Shown here: positions 49,179 to 59,447 of the stretch, in pieces
Position numbering within the stretch: the stretch's first letter is position 1
Layout of the letters: each line of letters begins with the position of its first letter
Assembly: GCA_963664225.1 (NCBI GenBank)
Contig: OY760937.1
Span: forward strand, 4,032,001 to 4,096,000
From: Verrucomicrobiia bacterium
Lineage (GTDB): Bacteria > Verrucomicrobiota > Verrucomicrobiia > Limisphaerales > UBA1319
DNA length: 64,000 bases
Reading direction: 5' to 3'
The notes under the pieces: generated by a model
The model's input: the letters and a program-made list of their open reading frames with translations, nothing else
Told to the model about the DNA's origin: nothing
Databases searched by the model: none
Program-made: the position numbers and the translations under genes

Positions 49179-51602
49179 ATGCGCAAAGTCATTCTGGCAG
49201 CCTTCGCTGTCTGTGTCGTCATTGCAGGTGGTCCTGCTTTCGCCAAACCGGTGGATATCACTTTGGACAGCGGCGATGTGCTGCGCGTGGAGCCGGTGGC
49301 CGATAAAATCATCCGGGTCCGACTCAGCGCGGATGGCAAGTTCGAGCCGTCGCTGATGGAACGGTATGGAATCGTCCGCACCAACTGGTCGGCCTGCGAG
49401 TTCAAAGTGAGCGAGGAAAACGGGATCACACGCATTGCCGGTGCGAGCGGTTCAGTGACGGTTCGGAAGCAGGACGGACGCATGCAATTGCTCGATGCGA
49501 ATGGCAAGAGTATTTGCGATCAAATCATTCCACAACGAACGCATTGGAACGACACGGACCTCGACGCATTCAAAAAGCGGCAGCAATCCGTGGAGGAATA
49601 TTTCAAAGGCGAAAAACGAAAAGAAGGCCAGACGCAGGTTATCGGAAGCAACACGCAGGACAAGACGGCTTACTCGGAGAGCATGCATGAGTTTTTCCTG
49701 CCGACAAACTCGTTTGGGGCCACGTTTAATTTGGGAAGTGGGGATCGGTTTTATGGATTGGGGACTGCGTCGTCGCGGAGACTGGAGTTGCGCGGGTATG
49801 CATACAGGCTTTGGACCCAATACCGGGGTAATTTTGGGTTCAAGGCGGACGGTGGCTGGGACCAAACCGAGGGGCCCATCCCGCTGCTGATTGGAACGGG
49901 AGGCTGGGGTGTATTCGTCAACACCACATGGGTTCACTATTATGACATTGGCCGGTATCAGTCGGACAAGGCGTTCTTCTGGGGACCCGGAGGCCAGCTC
50001 GATTTCTATCTGCTACTGAGCGATTCCATGCCGGAACAGATTGCGCTTTATACGGATATTACCGGGAAGCCGCGACTCCTGCCGCAGTTCGCCTACGGCC
50101 TGACGTATGTCAGCCAGATCACGCAGAACGAGCACGAAATTCTCAACGATTCCCGGCTTTTCCGCGAGAAAGGCATTCCGTGCGACATCATGGGAATTGA
50201 GCCGCAATGGATGAAGAAGAATTACGATACCTCGCACGAGAAACAGTGGAATCCGGAGAAGTTTTATATTCCCGATTGGATGGGGCCGGATTCGAAAAGC
50301 GGGACTTTCATCGGGGGACTCGACCGGACCGGATACAAGCTTTCGCTCTGGCTGGTTTGCAACGATGACATGACCATGGAAGAGGAACGTCAGGTGGCCA
50401 TTCAGCAAGGCAACGGTAAAGACTTTCCAGCGGAACCGGACGCGTGGTTCAACCATCTCAAGACCTTTGTGAGAAATGGAGCGCGCTGCTTCAAGATGGA
50501 TCCTGAAAATTTGATTCAGGAACATCCGGGCCGGAAATATTTCAACGGCCGGACCGATCTGGAAAACCATAATCTGACCGAGGTTCTCTATCACAAACAG
50601 ATGTGCCTGGGTTACGAGGAGTTTGCCAAGCAACGGGCGATGACCCACTACTGCGCCGCCTATGCGGGCGTTCAGCACTGGGGCGCGACGACCATGGGCG
50701 ATAACGGCGGAGGGGAGAAGGCGTTGATCTGGATGCTGAGCTACAGCATGAGCGGTCATATGAACACCTCATGCGACATGGAAGCGCAGGGGCTGGGGCT
50801 GCATTTTGGTTTTCTGCAACCCTGGAGCCAGCACAACAACTGGGCTTCTGCCGGGCAACCGTGGTTCCTGGGAAAAAAGCAGGAGGCGATGTTTCGCGAC
50901 TATGCACGGCTGCGGTATTCGCTGATCCCGTATATCTATTCCGCCGCGCATGTGGGCCACCTGACCAGCATGCCCATTTTACGGGCGATGCCGCTGGCTT
51001 ATCCGAACGATCTGAAGCTGGCCAACTGCGTCACCGAATACATGCTGGGCGAGAGCCTTTTAGTAACGGCGTTTACGGATAAAGTCTATTTGCCTGCCGG
51101 AAAATGGATCGACTACTGGACCGGCGAGGAGCATGTCGGGCCCAAAGAAATGGCCTGCAAATGGCCGCAGAATCGGGCGGGCGGTTTATTCATAAAAGCG
51201 GGAGCCATTTTGCCCTATTGGCCTGACATGGATTTCGTGGGCGAATTGCCCGTAGATAAACTTAAACTGCACGTCTATCCCGAAGGGCAAAGCGAATTCA
51301 CCCTGTATGAAGACGATGGGAATTCATTCGAATACATCAAAGACGCGGTGGCCAAAACGAAGATTACCTGTCAGACCAGCGAAAGCGAAGCGACACTCAC
51401 CATCGCGCCTCGCATGGGTGCGTATCGAGGCATGCCATCCAAGCGCAGTTATGAAGTCTGGATGCACAGGGATCAGCCCAAAAGTGTAATGGTCAATGGA
51501 ACCGCCGCAGACTGGACCTACGACACGGCGGCCAAAGCGGTGAAAATCAGCGTCACCGAAGACCCGGCGCGCAAAACGCCAGTCATCGTCGAGTGCAAGT
51601 AA
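49179..51602 (+). CDS. Secreted GH31-family alpha-glycosidase
   Basis: FYGLG, YTDITGKP.LLP, GIPCD, FKMD, LRYSLIPYIYS, EYMLGESLLV, VYLPAGKWIDYWTG, LYEDDG. Confidence 0.88.
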   Translation: MRKVILAAFAVCVVIAGGPAFAKPVDITLDSGDVLRVEPVADKIIRVRLSADGKFEPSLMERYGIVRTNWSACEFKVSEENGITRIAGASGSVTVRKQDGRMQLLDANGKSICDQIIPQRTHWNDTDLDAFKKRQQSVEEYFKGEKRKEGQTQVIGSNTQDKTAYSESMHEFFLPTNSFGATFNLGSGDRFYGLGTASSRRLELRGYAYRLWTQYRGNFGFKADGGWDQTEGPIPLLIGTGGWGVFVNTTWVHYYDIGRYQSDKAFFWGPGGQLDFYLLLSDSMPEQIALYTDITGKPRLLPQFAYGLTYVSQITQNEHEILNDSRLFREKGIPCDIMGIEPQWMKKNYDTSHEKQWNPEKFYIPDWMGPDSKSGTFIGGLDRTGYKLSLWLVCNDDMTMEEERQVAIQQGNGKDFPAEPDAWFNHLKTFVRNGARCFKMDPENLIQEHPGRKYFNGRTDLENHNLTEVLYHKQMCLGYEEFAKQRAMTHYCAAYAGVQHWGATTMGDNGGGEKALIWMLSYSMSGHMNTSCDMEAQGLGLHFGFLQPWSQHNNWASAGQPWFLGKKQEAMFRDYARLRYSLIPYIYSAAHVGHLTSMPILRAMPLAYPNDLKLANCVTEYMLGESLLVTAFTDKVYLPAGKWIDYWTGEEHVGPKEMACKWPQNRAGGLFIKAGAILPYWPDMDFVGELPVDKLKLHVYPEGQSEFTLYEDDGNSFEYIKDAVAKTKITCQTSESEATLTIAPRMGAYRGMPSKRSYEVWMHRDQPKSVMVNGTAADWTYDTAAKAVKISVTEDPARKTPVIVECK

Positions 51603-51669
51603 AGTCGATGCTGGAAGGCGTATGATTCGCTCTTCAGCATCAACAGTTCGTTGCGGAGATGGGTTTCGA

Positions 51670-54600
51670 TTACACCGTTGGATTGGCCGTTTTCAAGTCT
51701 GGCAGGTTTATTTGCGAAACGGCGCGGGCTTTGCGACGGAAGGTTGTGTAGAGAGTCGGGAGCACCAGCAGTGTCAGGACCGTATTGGTCACAATGCCGC
51801 CGATCACGACCGTGGCCAGCGGGCGCTGCACCTCTCCACCCACGCCGACATTCACGGCCATTGGTATGAAGCCGACCGCAGCCACCAGGGCGGTCATCAG
51901 CACCGGCCGCAAACGCACCAGGCAACCTTCACGCACGGCGGCCTCCAGAGGCGTGCCCGCATCGAGCCGTTGCTTGATGAAAGTCACCAATACCAGGCCG
52001 TTGAGAATGGCCACGCCGCTCAAGGCGATGAAGCCAATGGCCGCGCTCACCGTAAAGGGCATCCCGCGGAGCCACAGTGCGAGCACGCCGCCGACCGCGC
52101 CGAGCGGAATGCCCGTGGCAACGATGAACACATCCCGAAGGGATTTAAGACTGAAGAAGAGCAACACAAAGATCAGGCCCAGGGCCATCGGCACCACGAA
52201 TCGCAGCCTGGCGTTGGCGCGCTCCATGTTTTCGAACTGCCCGCCCCATTCGATGCTGTAGCCTTCGGGAAGATTGACCTGTTCGGCGATCTTCTTTTGT
52301 GCCTCAGCCACGAAGCTGGCGACATCGCGATCGCGCACATTGGATTGCACGGTGATCCGGCGTCGGCCCCATTCGCGATTGATGGTGGCGGGGCCTTCCG
52401 TTTCCACCACCTTCGCGACCTGGTTCAATGGCAGAACCGAGCCAGTGGCCGTGGGAATGAGCGTGGCGGCCAGCGCATCGGGATCCGTGCGCAGCCGGTC
52501 GGGCATTCGCACCACCAGGGGGAAGCGCCGCTGGCCCTCGCGGATTTCGCCGACTTTACGGGTGCCCACGGCCTCCACCACGCGGAGCACATTGCGGGTG
52601 GGCACGCCGAGACGCGCCATGGCCTTGGGATCCATCTTAACCTGCAGGATGAGCTGTCCGGTGAGTTGCTCGCCAGTCACCTCGCCAACGCCTTTGATGG
52701 AGCCAAGCACCTGTTGGACCTGGTCGGAGAGCACTCGCAATTGCTCGAGATCGTCGCCGTAAATCTTGATGGCAACGTCAGACCGCACACCGGCAATCAT
52801 TTCGTTCAGACGCATCTCAATGGGCTGGCTGAAAGACACGGTCATGCCGGGGAATTTGGCGAAGAGTTCCCGCATCTTCTCCACCAGCTCTGATTGGGTT
52901 CGCGCCTTCTTCCATTCCGCGCGGGGTTTGAGCGCGAGAAAGAAATCTGAAAGCTCGATGCCCATCGGATCGGTGGCGATTTCCGCGCTGCCCAGACGCG
53001 TCCAAATGTTGGTGATTTCGTTTGGGAATTCTGCAAGGAGAAGTTTCTCGATGCGGTCGTTGTAAGCGACGGCTTCCTCCACCGAAATTCCAGCAAGACG
53101 GACGGTTGTGCCGACGATGGCGCCTTCCCCCAGCTTCGGCAGGAATTCACCGCCCATACGCGAGGCGAGAACCGCCACGCCCACCAGCAGCGCCAATGCG
53201 CCCAGAAGTGTGAAAGCCCGAAAGCGCATCGCCAGGCCCAGCATTGGGGCGTAAAGGCGATGGGTCATCCGCACGAGCCAGGGCTCAGATTCTTTGGCGT
53301 GTTTGGGCAGGAACAAACTGGCCAGGACCGGAGTGAGCGTGAGCGCCAGAATCAATGAACCGGCCAGGGCGAAAATCATCGTCAGCGCCATCGGCTTGAA
53401 GAGTTTTCCCTCGACACCTTCCAGAGCGAGGATCGGCAGGAAAACAATGAGAATGATGCCCACGCCGAAGGCGACGGGGCGGGCCACCTCCAAGGGAGCA
53501 CTGATCAGCGTCTCCTCCCGTTCCTCGCTGGTCAAAGGCCGTCCCAGCTCATGCTGCCGGAGCGTGAGACGGCGCATGGCATTTTCCACCATCACGACCG
53601 AGCCATCCACGATGAGACCGAAGTCCACCGCGCCCAGGCTGAGCAAACTGGCCGAAATTCCGGTCTGCAACATCAGGTCGCCGGCGAACATCATCGAAAG
53701 AGGGATCGCGGCGGCCACCACGAGGCCCGCACGCAGATTGCCGAGGAAGGCGAAGAGAATTGCAATCACCAGTAAGGCGCCCGCCATCAGATTATGTTTG
53801 ACCGTCTCAATGACGTTATTGACCAGTTCGGTGCGGTCATAGAGCACCTCCACCTTCACATCCCTGGGCAGCGTTTTCTGCACCTCGGCCAGCTTATCCT
53901 TCAACCCACGGGTGACCACAGCGCTATTCTCGCCCATGAGCATGAAGCCCAGGCCCAGCACGATTTCGCCTTTGCCCGCGCCTGTGACAGCGCCGCGGCG
54001 GATTTCGTGGTCCACCTTTACCTCGGCGACGTCGCCAACGCGCACCGGCACGCCATCATAAGCCGTGATGACGATGTTGGCGATTTCCTGAACATTGGTG
54101 GTGAGACCCAGGCCATGCACGAGCAGGGATTCCCCAGCGCGAACGACCTGTCCACCGCCGACGTTCTGGTTATTGGCTTCGAGCGCCTCGACCAGTTGTT
54201 CCAGAGTGAGGCCGTATTTTACAAGGTGCTGCGGTTCAGTGACGACGTGGAACTGTTTTTCAAAACCACCCCAGGTGTTGACTTCGGCGACGCCGCGCAC
54301 CTTGCGCAACTGCGGCTTCACGATCCAATCCTGAATTTCACGGAGTTCCATGAGAGTCCGATTGGTGTTGTCCGAACGGACCACATAATGGAACACCTCG
54401 CCCAGTCCTGTGGAAATGGGGCCAAGCTGGGGCCGGGCGATGCCTGCGGGCAGTTCGACGGTTTGCAGGCGCTCGGTGATGAGCTGGCGCGCGCGAAAGA
54501 TGCTCGTGTCATCATCGAACGTGGCCACCACCTGCGAGAGGCCGAATTTCGAAACGGAGCGGATGTTGTTCAGGCCGGGCAGGCCGCTGACGGCAAGTTC

Positions 54601-54807
54601 GACAGGGAGGGTGATTTGCGCCTCGGCTTCCTCGGCATTCAGAGAGGGCACCGTGGTGTTGATTTGCACCTGCACCGGCGTGGTATCCGGGAAAGCGTCA
54701 ATGGGGAGGTTCGTGAGCGAACGTCCGCCCACAAGGATTAGCACCACGGCCAGGATGGCGATGAGCAGGCGGTTCTTGAGCGAAGTAGTGATGATCCAGT
54801 CAAGCAT
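51670..54807 (-). CDS. czcA: Heavy-metal efflux RND permease (CzcA/CusA family)
   Basis: LPIDAFPD, SLGAVDFGLIVDGSVVMVEN, EGKLFKPMA, GFIALSGVAILNG, RLRPVLMTA, EVQRPLATVVIGG. Confidence 0.94.
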   Translation of the reverse strand: MLDWIITTSLKNRLLIAILAVVLILVGGRSLTNLPIDAFPDTTPVQVQINTTVPSLNAEEAEAQITLPVELAVSGLPGLNNIRSVSKFGLSQVVATFDDDTSIFRARQLITERLQTVELPAGIARPQLGPISTGLGEVFHYVVRSDNTNRTLMELREIQDWIVKPQLRKVRGVAEVNTWGGFEKQFHVVTEPQHLVKYGLTLEQLVEALEANNQNVGGGQVVRAGESLLVHGLGLTTNVQEIANIVITAYDGVPVRVGDVAEVKVDHEIRRGAVTGAGKGEIVLGLGFMLMGENSAVVTRGLKDKLAEVQKTLPRDVKVEVLYDRTELVNNVIETVKHNLMAGALLVIAILFAFLGNLRAGLVVAAAIPLSMMFAGDLMLQTGISASLLSLGAVDFGLIVDGSVVMVENAMRRLTLRQHELGRPLTSEEREETLISAPLEVARPVAFGVGIILIVFLPILALEGVEGKLFKPMALTMIFALAGSLILALTLTPVLASLFLPKHAKESEPWLVRMTHRLYAPMLGLAMRFRAFTLLGALALLVGVAVLASRMGGEFLPKLGEGAIVGTTVRLAGISVEEAVAYNDRIEKLLLAEFPNEITNIWTRLGSAEIATDPMGIELSDFFLALKPRAEWKKARTQSELVEKMRELFAKFPGMTVSFSQPIEMRLNEMIAGVRSDVAIKIYGDDLEQLRVLSDQVQQVLGSIKGVGEVTGEQLTGQLILQVKMDPKAMARLGVPTRNVLRVVEAVGTRKVGEIREGQRRFPLVVRMPDRLRTDPDALAATLIPTATGSVLPLNQVAKVVETEGPATINREWGRRRITVQSNVRDRDVASFVAEAQKKIAEQVNLPEGYSIEWGGQFENMERANARLRFVVPMALGLIFVLLFFSLKSLRDVFIVATGIPLGAVGGVLALWLRGMPFTVSAAIGFIALSGVAILNGLVLVTFIKQRLDAGTPLEAAVREGCLVRLRPVLMTALVAAVGFIPMAVNVGVGGEVQRPLATVVIGGIVTNTVLTLLVLPTLYTTFRRKARAVSQINLPDLKTANPTV

Positions 54808-54858
54808 GGGATAAGTCTTTCAAGTGATGGCTATGATGGTTGCAATGGTTGTAATGGA

Positions 54859-56133
54859 TCAGTCATCGGCACAACCCGCGCCCAGACGCGAAATGAGGAA
54901 CGCGGATTTGAGCGGATAGGCATGGTTTATCGCCACCACTTCCCGCGACTTCAAGCCCTCGATTATTTCGACGTTTCCCTCGGACCTGGCTCCGAGACGA
55001 ACCACGCGGGCGTCAAACAAATCATCCGCCAGTTTCACGAAGACAAAATCCTTGCCGACGATGCGTTGAATGGCCGAGGTGGGCAGCAAGAGCGCGCCTT
55101 CCGCACTGCGCGTCAGGATGCGGGCCTGGGCGAACATTCTGGCTTTGAGCAAGCCATCCGCATTGGCGACTTCGGCGCGTCCACGCGCCATGCGACTTCT
55201 GTCGTCTACTTCCGCGGCAATCCATGTCAACTTGCCGGTGAAGGTCTGGCCCGGCAGCGATTCCACGCGTAATTCGACCGTCTGGCCGACTTTCACGCGG
55301 GCCAGCGCCGACTCCGGGATGTTCAGCATGGCCCACATCACCGAACGGTCCGCCACCATGAAGAGCGGCTTGCCCGCCTCCACCAGCGCGCCATGCACGG
55401 CCGTCCTCTCGATGATTTCGCCCGCGAAGGGGGCGCGCACCTCCAGAAACACGGGGTCGTTTGGTTTGGAGCCCATGCGGTCGATGTCCTCCTCGCTTAA
55501 GCCAAGCGTGCGGGCTTGCTGGCAGGCGGCGCGATGCTCGGCCTCGGCCTGCTGCAAATCCTTTTCCGAAGTCACGCGCTCCGCGCGCAACTTGCGTTCA
55601 CGGTCCAGCGTCTGATGGGTCAGAACCGCCCTGGCCACGGCTTCCGCGATGGCTGCCGACCAGAGGGTCGCAACGCACTGCCTGTCCTCAACCTTGCTGC
55701 CGAGGTCGGCTTCCACGGACTGAACTATGCCACCCACCGGTGCGGCAATCTGAGCCAGTTTGTTTTGGTTGAAGGCCAGTTCGGCGTAGCAATCCACAGC
55801 GTCGGCAATCGTCCCGATCGTTGGGGTTGCGGTTTGCACTCCCGCAATGGCGGCGGAGTCATTGGCGGCGAGACGGACCTTGAGGCCTTCCCCGGTTTTC
55901 AATTGTTCCGCGAATAGCGGTTTGCAGATGCCACACTCGTTAAGCGGGACGTTGTGCTCCGCGCATATTTTAATGCCCGCAGGCACAGGGGTTTCGCCGG
56001 TCGTTTTTTCGTGATTATGGCCGTCGCTGTCGTTTTGGACGGCAGCAGCGCCCTGTCTGGAGCAGGCGGTCAGAAGCGCCACGGCGGCGAGCAGGGCCAG
56101 GAGGTTCAATCTGAAGATCATTTTCGTGTGCAT
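54859..56133 (-). CDS. czcB: RND periplasmic adaptor (CzcB-like) lipoprotein with a Cys/His metal-binding N-terminus
   Basis: Lipobox LTAC; DGHNHE and CAEH..ECGIC; VRAPFAG biotinyl-like half-motif; C-terminal GAGCADD. Confidence 0.88.
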   Translation of the reverse strand: MHTKMIFRLNLLALLAAVALLTACSRQGAAAVQNDSDGHNHEKTTGETPVPAGIKICAEHNVPLNECGICKPLFAEQLKTGEGLKVRLAANDSAAIAGVQTATPTIGTIADAVDCYAELAFNQNKLAQIAAPVGGIVQSVEADLGSKVEDRQCVATLWSAAIAEAVARAVLTHQTLDRERKLRAERVTSEKDLQQAEAEHRAACQQARTLGLSEEDIDRMGSKPNDPVFLEVRAPFAGEIIERTAVHGALVEAGKPLFMVADRSVMWAMLNIPESALARVKVGQTVELRVESLPGQTFTGKLTWIAAEVDDRSRMARGRAEVANADGLLKARMFAQARILTRSAEGALLLPTSAIQRIVGKDFVFVKLADDLFDARVVRLGARSEGNVEIIEGLKSREVVAINHAYPLKSAFLISRLGAGCADD

Positions 56134-56151
56134 AAGGATAAATCGTTAATG

Positions 56152-57495
56152 TTACTTTGTGGGCTGGCTGGATGATGCGGATGTGGGATCGACTTGCGTT
56201 CGACCAAGCAAGGCTTCGAGTTCGGCTTGTGCGATGTTTAATTCGAGCAGCTTTTGCAGGTAGGCCAGCCGTGCCTCCGCCGCCGTGCGCTGGGTGTCCA
56301 GCAGGTCGATGAAGCCGAATTTCCCCTGCTCGAAGCCGCGTTGCACCAAGCGCAGGGCTTCGTTCGACTTGGGAAGAATACGCTCGCGGTAGCTGGCCAC
56401 TTGCTCGTTGGCGGTGCGAAGCCGGTAGCTGGCGGTTCCCCAGGCCCGCAGCAGGCGTTGCTCAATGGCCGCCGAATCGGCTTCCGCGATGGCCACGTTG
56501 GCGCGGGCTTCCTGCTTCCTTCCCTTCGAGCGGTCGATGATCGGCAGTGGCAACGAAATGCCAAACTGCACGATGGATCCCTCTCGTCCGGCCTCTTCGC
56601 CGGCAGAGACGCCAAACTTCACGTCGGGATAGGGTTCGAGCCGGGCACGACGCAACTCCAACGCAGCCCTTTCACGGCTGGTTCGGGCGGCGACCACGCT
56701 GGGATGCGTGGGCAACCATTGCGACGGCCCCTGATCCAGCAATGCCAGATTCGCGGTTTCCGAAAGCGTCCCGGACACCAACGCGTCCTCGATGTCGGCA
56801 CGTCCGAGCAGCATCGTGAGCGTTTGCCGGGCTGCGACGCGTTCGCGCTGGAACCCCGCGAGCTCAGTCCTGGCTTGCTCCAAGGGGATTTCCGCACGCA
56901 ACTGCTCCTGGTCAGGGGCGGCACCGGCGGCCACGCGTTTGCGCGCCGTGTCCGCTGACGACTCGGCCACTTTCACCAGTTCGCCTGATACCTCCACAAG
57001 GCGTTCCGCTGCGAGGACCTGGAAGAACGTTGCCTTCACGTCGCGCACCAATTCCAAACGGCGCAGGTCGTAATCCATTTCCGTAACGCGCATTCCCGCC
57101 GAGGCAATCCGGCTGTCCAATTTCTTTTTGCCGGGAAATGGGACGGATTGCGTCACGCCAACGAGCTTTTTGGCGTTGGAGAAACCCCCGCCTCCCATCG
57201 GCAAATCCTCCGCGCTCAGGGCCAGCTCGGGGTTGGACCACAGTTTCGACTGGTAAGCCCGGCCTGCGGCGGCATCGACGCGTCCGGTGGCGGCGCGCAA
57301 ATCGGGATTGTTTTCCAGCGCCAGCCGGATCGAATCGTTCAGAGTAAGGACATGGGTCGAAACCGCTGACGATGATCGCGGGGCGGGGGAGTCAGCACTT
57401 TTGGCGGCGAATCCCTGGACGCAGAGGCCGCCGCAAACCAGCGACACCGCCAACATACGAAAATGGATCGGAAATAGTTTCTGTTTCATAAACAT
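56152..57495 (-). CDS. czcC: TolC-family outer-membrane factor (CzcC-like)
   Basis: Signal peptide, ALENNPDL, HPSVVAAR, SLPLPII, GKFGFIDLLD; first structural gene of the operon. Confidence 0.88.
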   Translation of the reverse strand: MFMKQKLFPIHFRMLAVSLVCGGLCVQGFAAKSADSPAPRSSSAVSTHVLTLNDSIRLALENNPDLRAATGRVDAAAGRAYQSKLWSNPELALSAEDLPMGGGGFSNAKKLVGVTQSVPFPGKKKLDSRIASAGMRVTEMDYDLRRLELVRDVKATFFQVLAAERLVEVSGELVKVAESSADTARKRVAAGAAPDQEQLRAEIPLEQARTELAGFQRERVAARQTLTMLLGRADIEDALVSGTLSETANLALLDQGPSQWLPTHPSVVAARTSRERAALELRRARLEPYPDVKFGVSAGEEAGREGSIVQFGISLPLPIIDRSKGRKQEARANVAIAEADSAAIEQRLLRAWGTASYRLRTANEQVASYRERILPKSNEALRLVQRGFEQGKFGFIDLLDTQRTAAEARLAYLQKLLELNIAQAELEALLGRTQVDPTSASSSQPTK

Positions 57496-57598
57496 CGGGC
57501 ACTACGCAAAACACGGGCACAAAACGGTTAAAGATTGAATACGGAATTAGGCGGTGTGAGGTCACACCACGTGGAAGGGAAGCCCCGAATGGGACTGC

Positions 57599-57988
57599 TT
57601 ATGAAACGAGGGAAGGAGCGCGGACAGGGATCGCCGCGCGGATAAAGAACTGCCAGGGTCTAGGAATATCAGGAGGCGCCGCGGTAAGAACACCCACCCA
57701 GACCTCGGATGGAAGACTGTGCTCGAACTCCATCAGCGGAATACACGATACTACCACCAGAAGGCTGGGGCCTATCGACATCTCGTTTTGCGGCAATTGA
57801 TACTGGCCGGTTTCCGCAGAGCAACAGCCGGAATCAGCGCAGTGGGAAGCGGGATCGGAAGCAACCGCGCTGCCAAAATCGCATTGCAGGATGGCCAACT
57901 CAGTCACCGTCTCCAATTGACAATGCATCGACAGCGGCGCCCAACCGAGCGCCATCAGCAGAATCAGCAATGTCTTTGCAAGCCGCAC
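57599..57988 (-). CDS. Small Cys/His-rich exported protein upstream of czcCBA (CzcI-like by position)
   Basis: GTG start estimated; hydrophobic N-terminus, HC..E, HCADSGCC, C-terminal RAAIPVRAPS. Confidence 0.6.
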   Translation of the reverse strand: MRLAKTLLILLMALGWAPLSMHCQLETVTELAILQCDFGSAVASDPASHCADSGCCSAETGQYQLPQNEMSIGPSLLVVVSCIPLMEFEHSLPSEVWVGVLTAAPPDIPRPWQFFIRAAIPVRAPSLVS

Positions 57989-58040
57989 GAATACACAGGT
58001 AACTTCTAAACTGAAAATGTTCAATCCTGAATGTGGTTTT

Positions 58041-58088
58041 GTCATGCACCCCCCCCCAAAAAAAAGTTTGCATGACTTATGGCACATG
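58041..58088. promoter_or_regulatory. Putative response-regulator operator, copy 1
   Basis: GTCATG (58041) ... GCATGACTTATGGCACAT (58070-58087); the same motif recurs at 62254-62296. Confidence 0.55.
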
Positions 58089-58121
58089 GTGTTTTTCGGG
58101 GTTTGTGTTTACGATGGGTCC

Positions 58122-59447
58122 ATGAAGGGATCGATCATTCACTGGCTTGCGGGGACGCGGGCCGGAGATTTGCTCGCGACACTCTGGCCGGCCAGTGTGG
58201 CGGGGGATTCGGAATTTCAGCGGCGCAGAAAGATCGCGGTCCGCAGCGCACAACTTGCCGCCCTTGCGTTGGTTGTCGTGGCCATCATTGGGGCGATTGC
58301 GAACAATTTCGATAACTTGTCTGGAGCGCGGCTGGCGGGGTTGGTCGTTTTTGGGTTCGCCTATACGGCGTGGAATATCATCGGCACCCGGGATATTGTT
58401 CGCGTGCTTCTGTGGGAACCGGACAGCACGCCACCGGTGGAGTTGTTGCAGGATGGAAAGGGCAGGGTCATTTTCTATTTTGCGGTTCAGCTCGGACTGG
58501 CGGGCCTGATCTATTCCTGCGTCGAGCCGAGCCTCAAACTGGGGCTGCTGTGGCTGGTGCTTCTGCCGCCCGTGGCGCACGGCGTCATACTGTTGCGCGC
58601 GCCGGGCATCGGCATCGTTGCCTCGGTGACCATGGGGATCTTTGGATTCTTCTTTGTGCGCTGGCACGGGTGGGAGTTGCTGCCCAACGCCCTGCTGGCC
58701 TTTGGATTTGCGGTGTTATTCACGCTGATTTTCACACTGCTAGCGGTCAGCTCTGAAACGGCGCGGGGGGAGGTGCAGCGGCTGGCGTGCGAGCTTTCGG
58801 ACGCCAATGGCAAGCTCCGTGAGTATGCCGTGCAGGCCGAGGAACTGGCGGTGACGCGCGAACGCAACCGGCTGGCGCGGGAAATTCACGATACGCTCGG
58901 CCATTACCTGACCGTGGTGAATGTGCAGATCGAGGCCGCGCGGGCCATGCTGGACCGCGATCCCGACAAGGTGCGCGACTCCCTCCAAAAGGCCCAGTCG
59001 CTCACCCAGGAAGGGCTGCAGGACATCCGGCGTTCGGTATCGTCGTTGCGGGCATCGCCATTGGATAACAAGAATCTGGTGGATGCGCTGAGGCAGGCTG
59101 TTGAGGCCGTGCGCACCAGTGGATTAAGTGCTGAATTGGAGTTAATTGGAAAATGCCGGACATTGTCGCGACCCGCGGAATTGACCCTGTATCGCGCCGC
59201 GCAGGAAGGACTGACCAATGTTCAGAAACATGCCCAGGCTGCGAGCGTGCGGCTGGTGTTGGATTTCAGCGACACGACGAGAACACGATTAACGGTAACG
59301 GACAATGGTGTGGGAAGTGTTGAAAAAACGGGGCATGGGTTTGGTCTGCTCGGACTGCGGGAACGGGCACACCTGGTGGGAGGCGCGTTGAAGATTCGCA
59401 CCGCTCCATCGGCGGGATTTGCGCTGGAAGTGGAGGTGCCGGGATGA
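58122..59447 (+). CDS. Membrane sensor histidine kinase (HisKA_3 type)
   Basis: About 6 TM helices; ERNRLAREIHDTLGH, QEGLTNVQKHA, DNGVG, GFGLLGLRER. Confidence 0.93.
   Translation: MKGSIIHWLAGTRAGDLLATLWPASVAGDSEFQRRRKIAVRSAQLAALALVVVAIIGAIANNFDNLSGARLAGLVVFGFAYTAWNIIGTRDIVRVLLWEPDSTPPVELLQDGKGRVIFYFAVQLGLAGLIYSCVEPSLKLGLLWLVLLPPVAHGVILLRAPGIGIVASVTMGIFGFFFVRWHGWELLPNALLAFGFAVLFTLIFTLLAVSSETARGEVQRLACELSDANGKLREYAVQAEELAVTRERNRLAREIHDTLGHYLTVVNVQIEAARAMLDRDPDKVRDSLQKAQSLTQEGLQDIRRSVSSLRASPLDNKNLVDALRQAVEAVRTSGLSAELELIGKCRTLSRPAELTLYRAAQEGLTNVQKHAQAASVRLVLDFSDTTRTRLTVTDNGVGSVEKTGHGFGLLGLRERAHLVGGALKIRTAPSAGFALEVEVPG

Noticed and set aside
58080..58095. TGGCAC as a sigma54 -24 element (also at 62289)
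   Set aside because: No TTGC at the -12 position in either copy; better explained as part of the shared operator.
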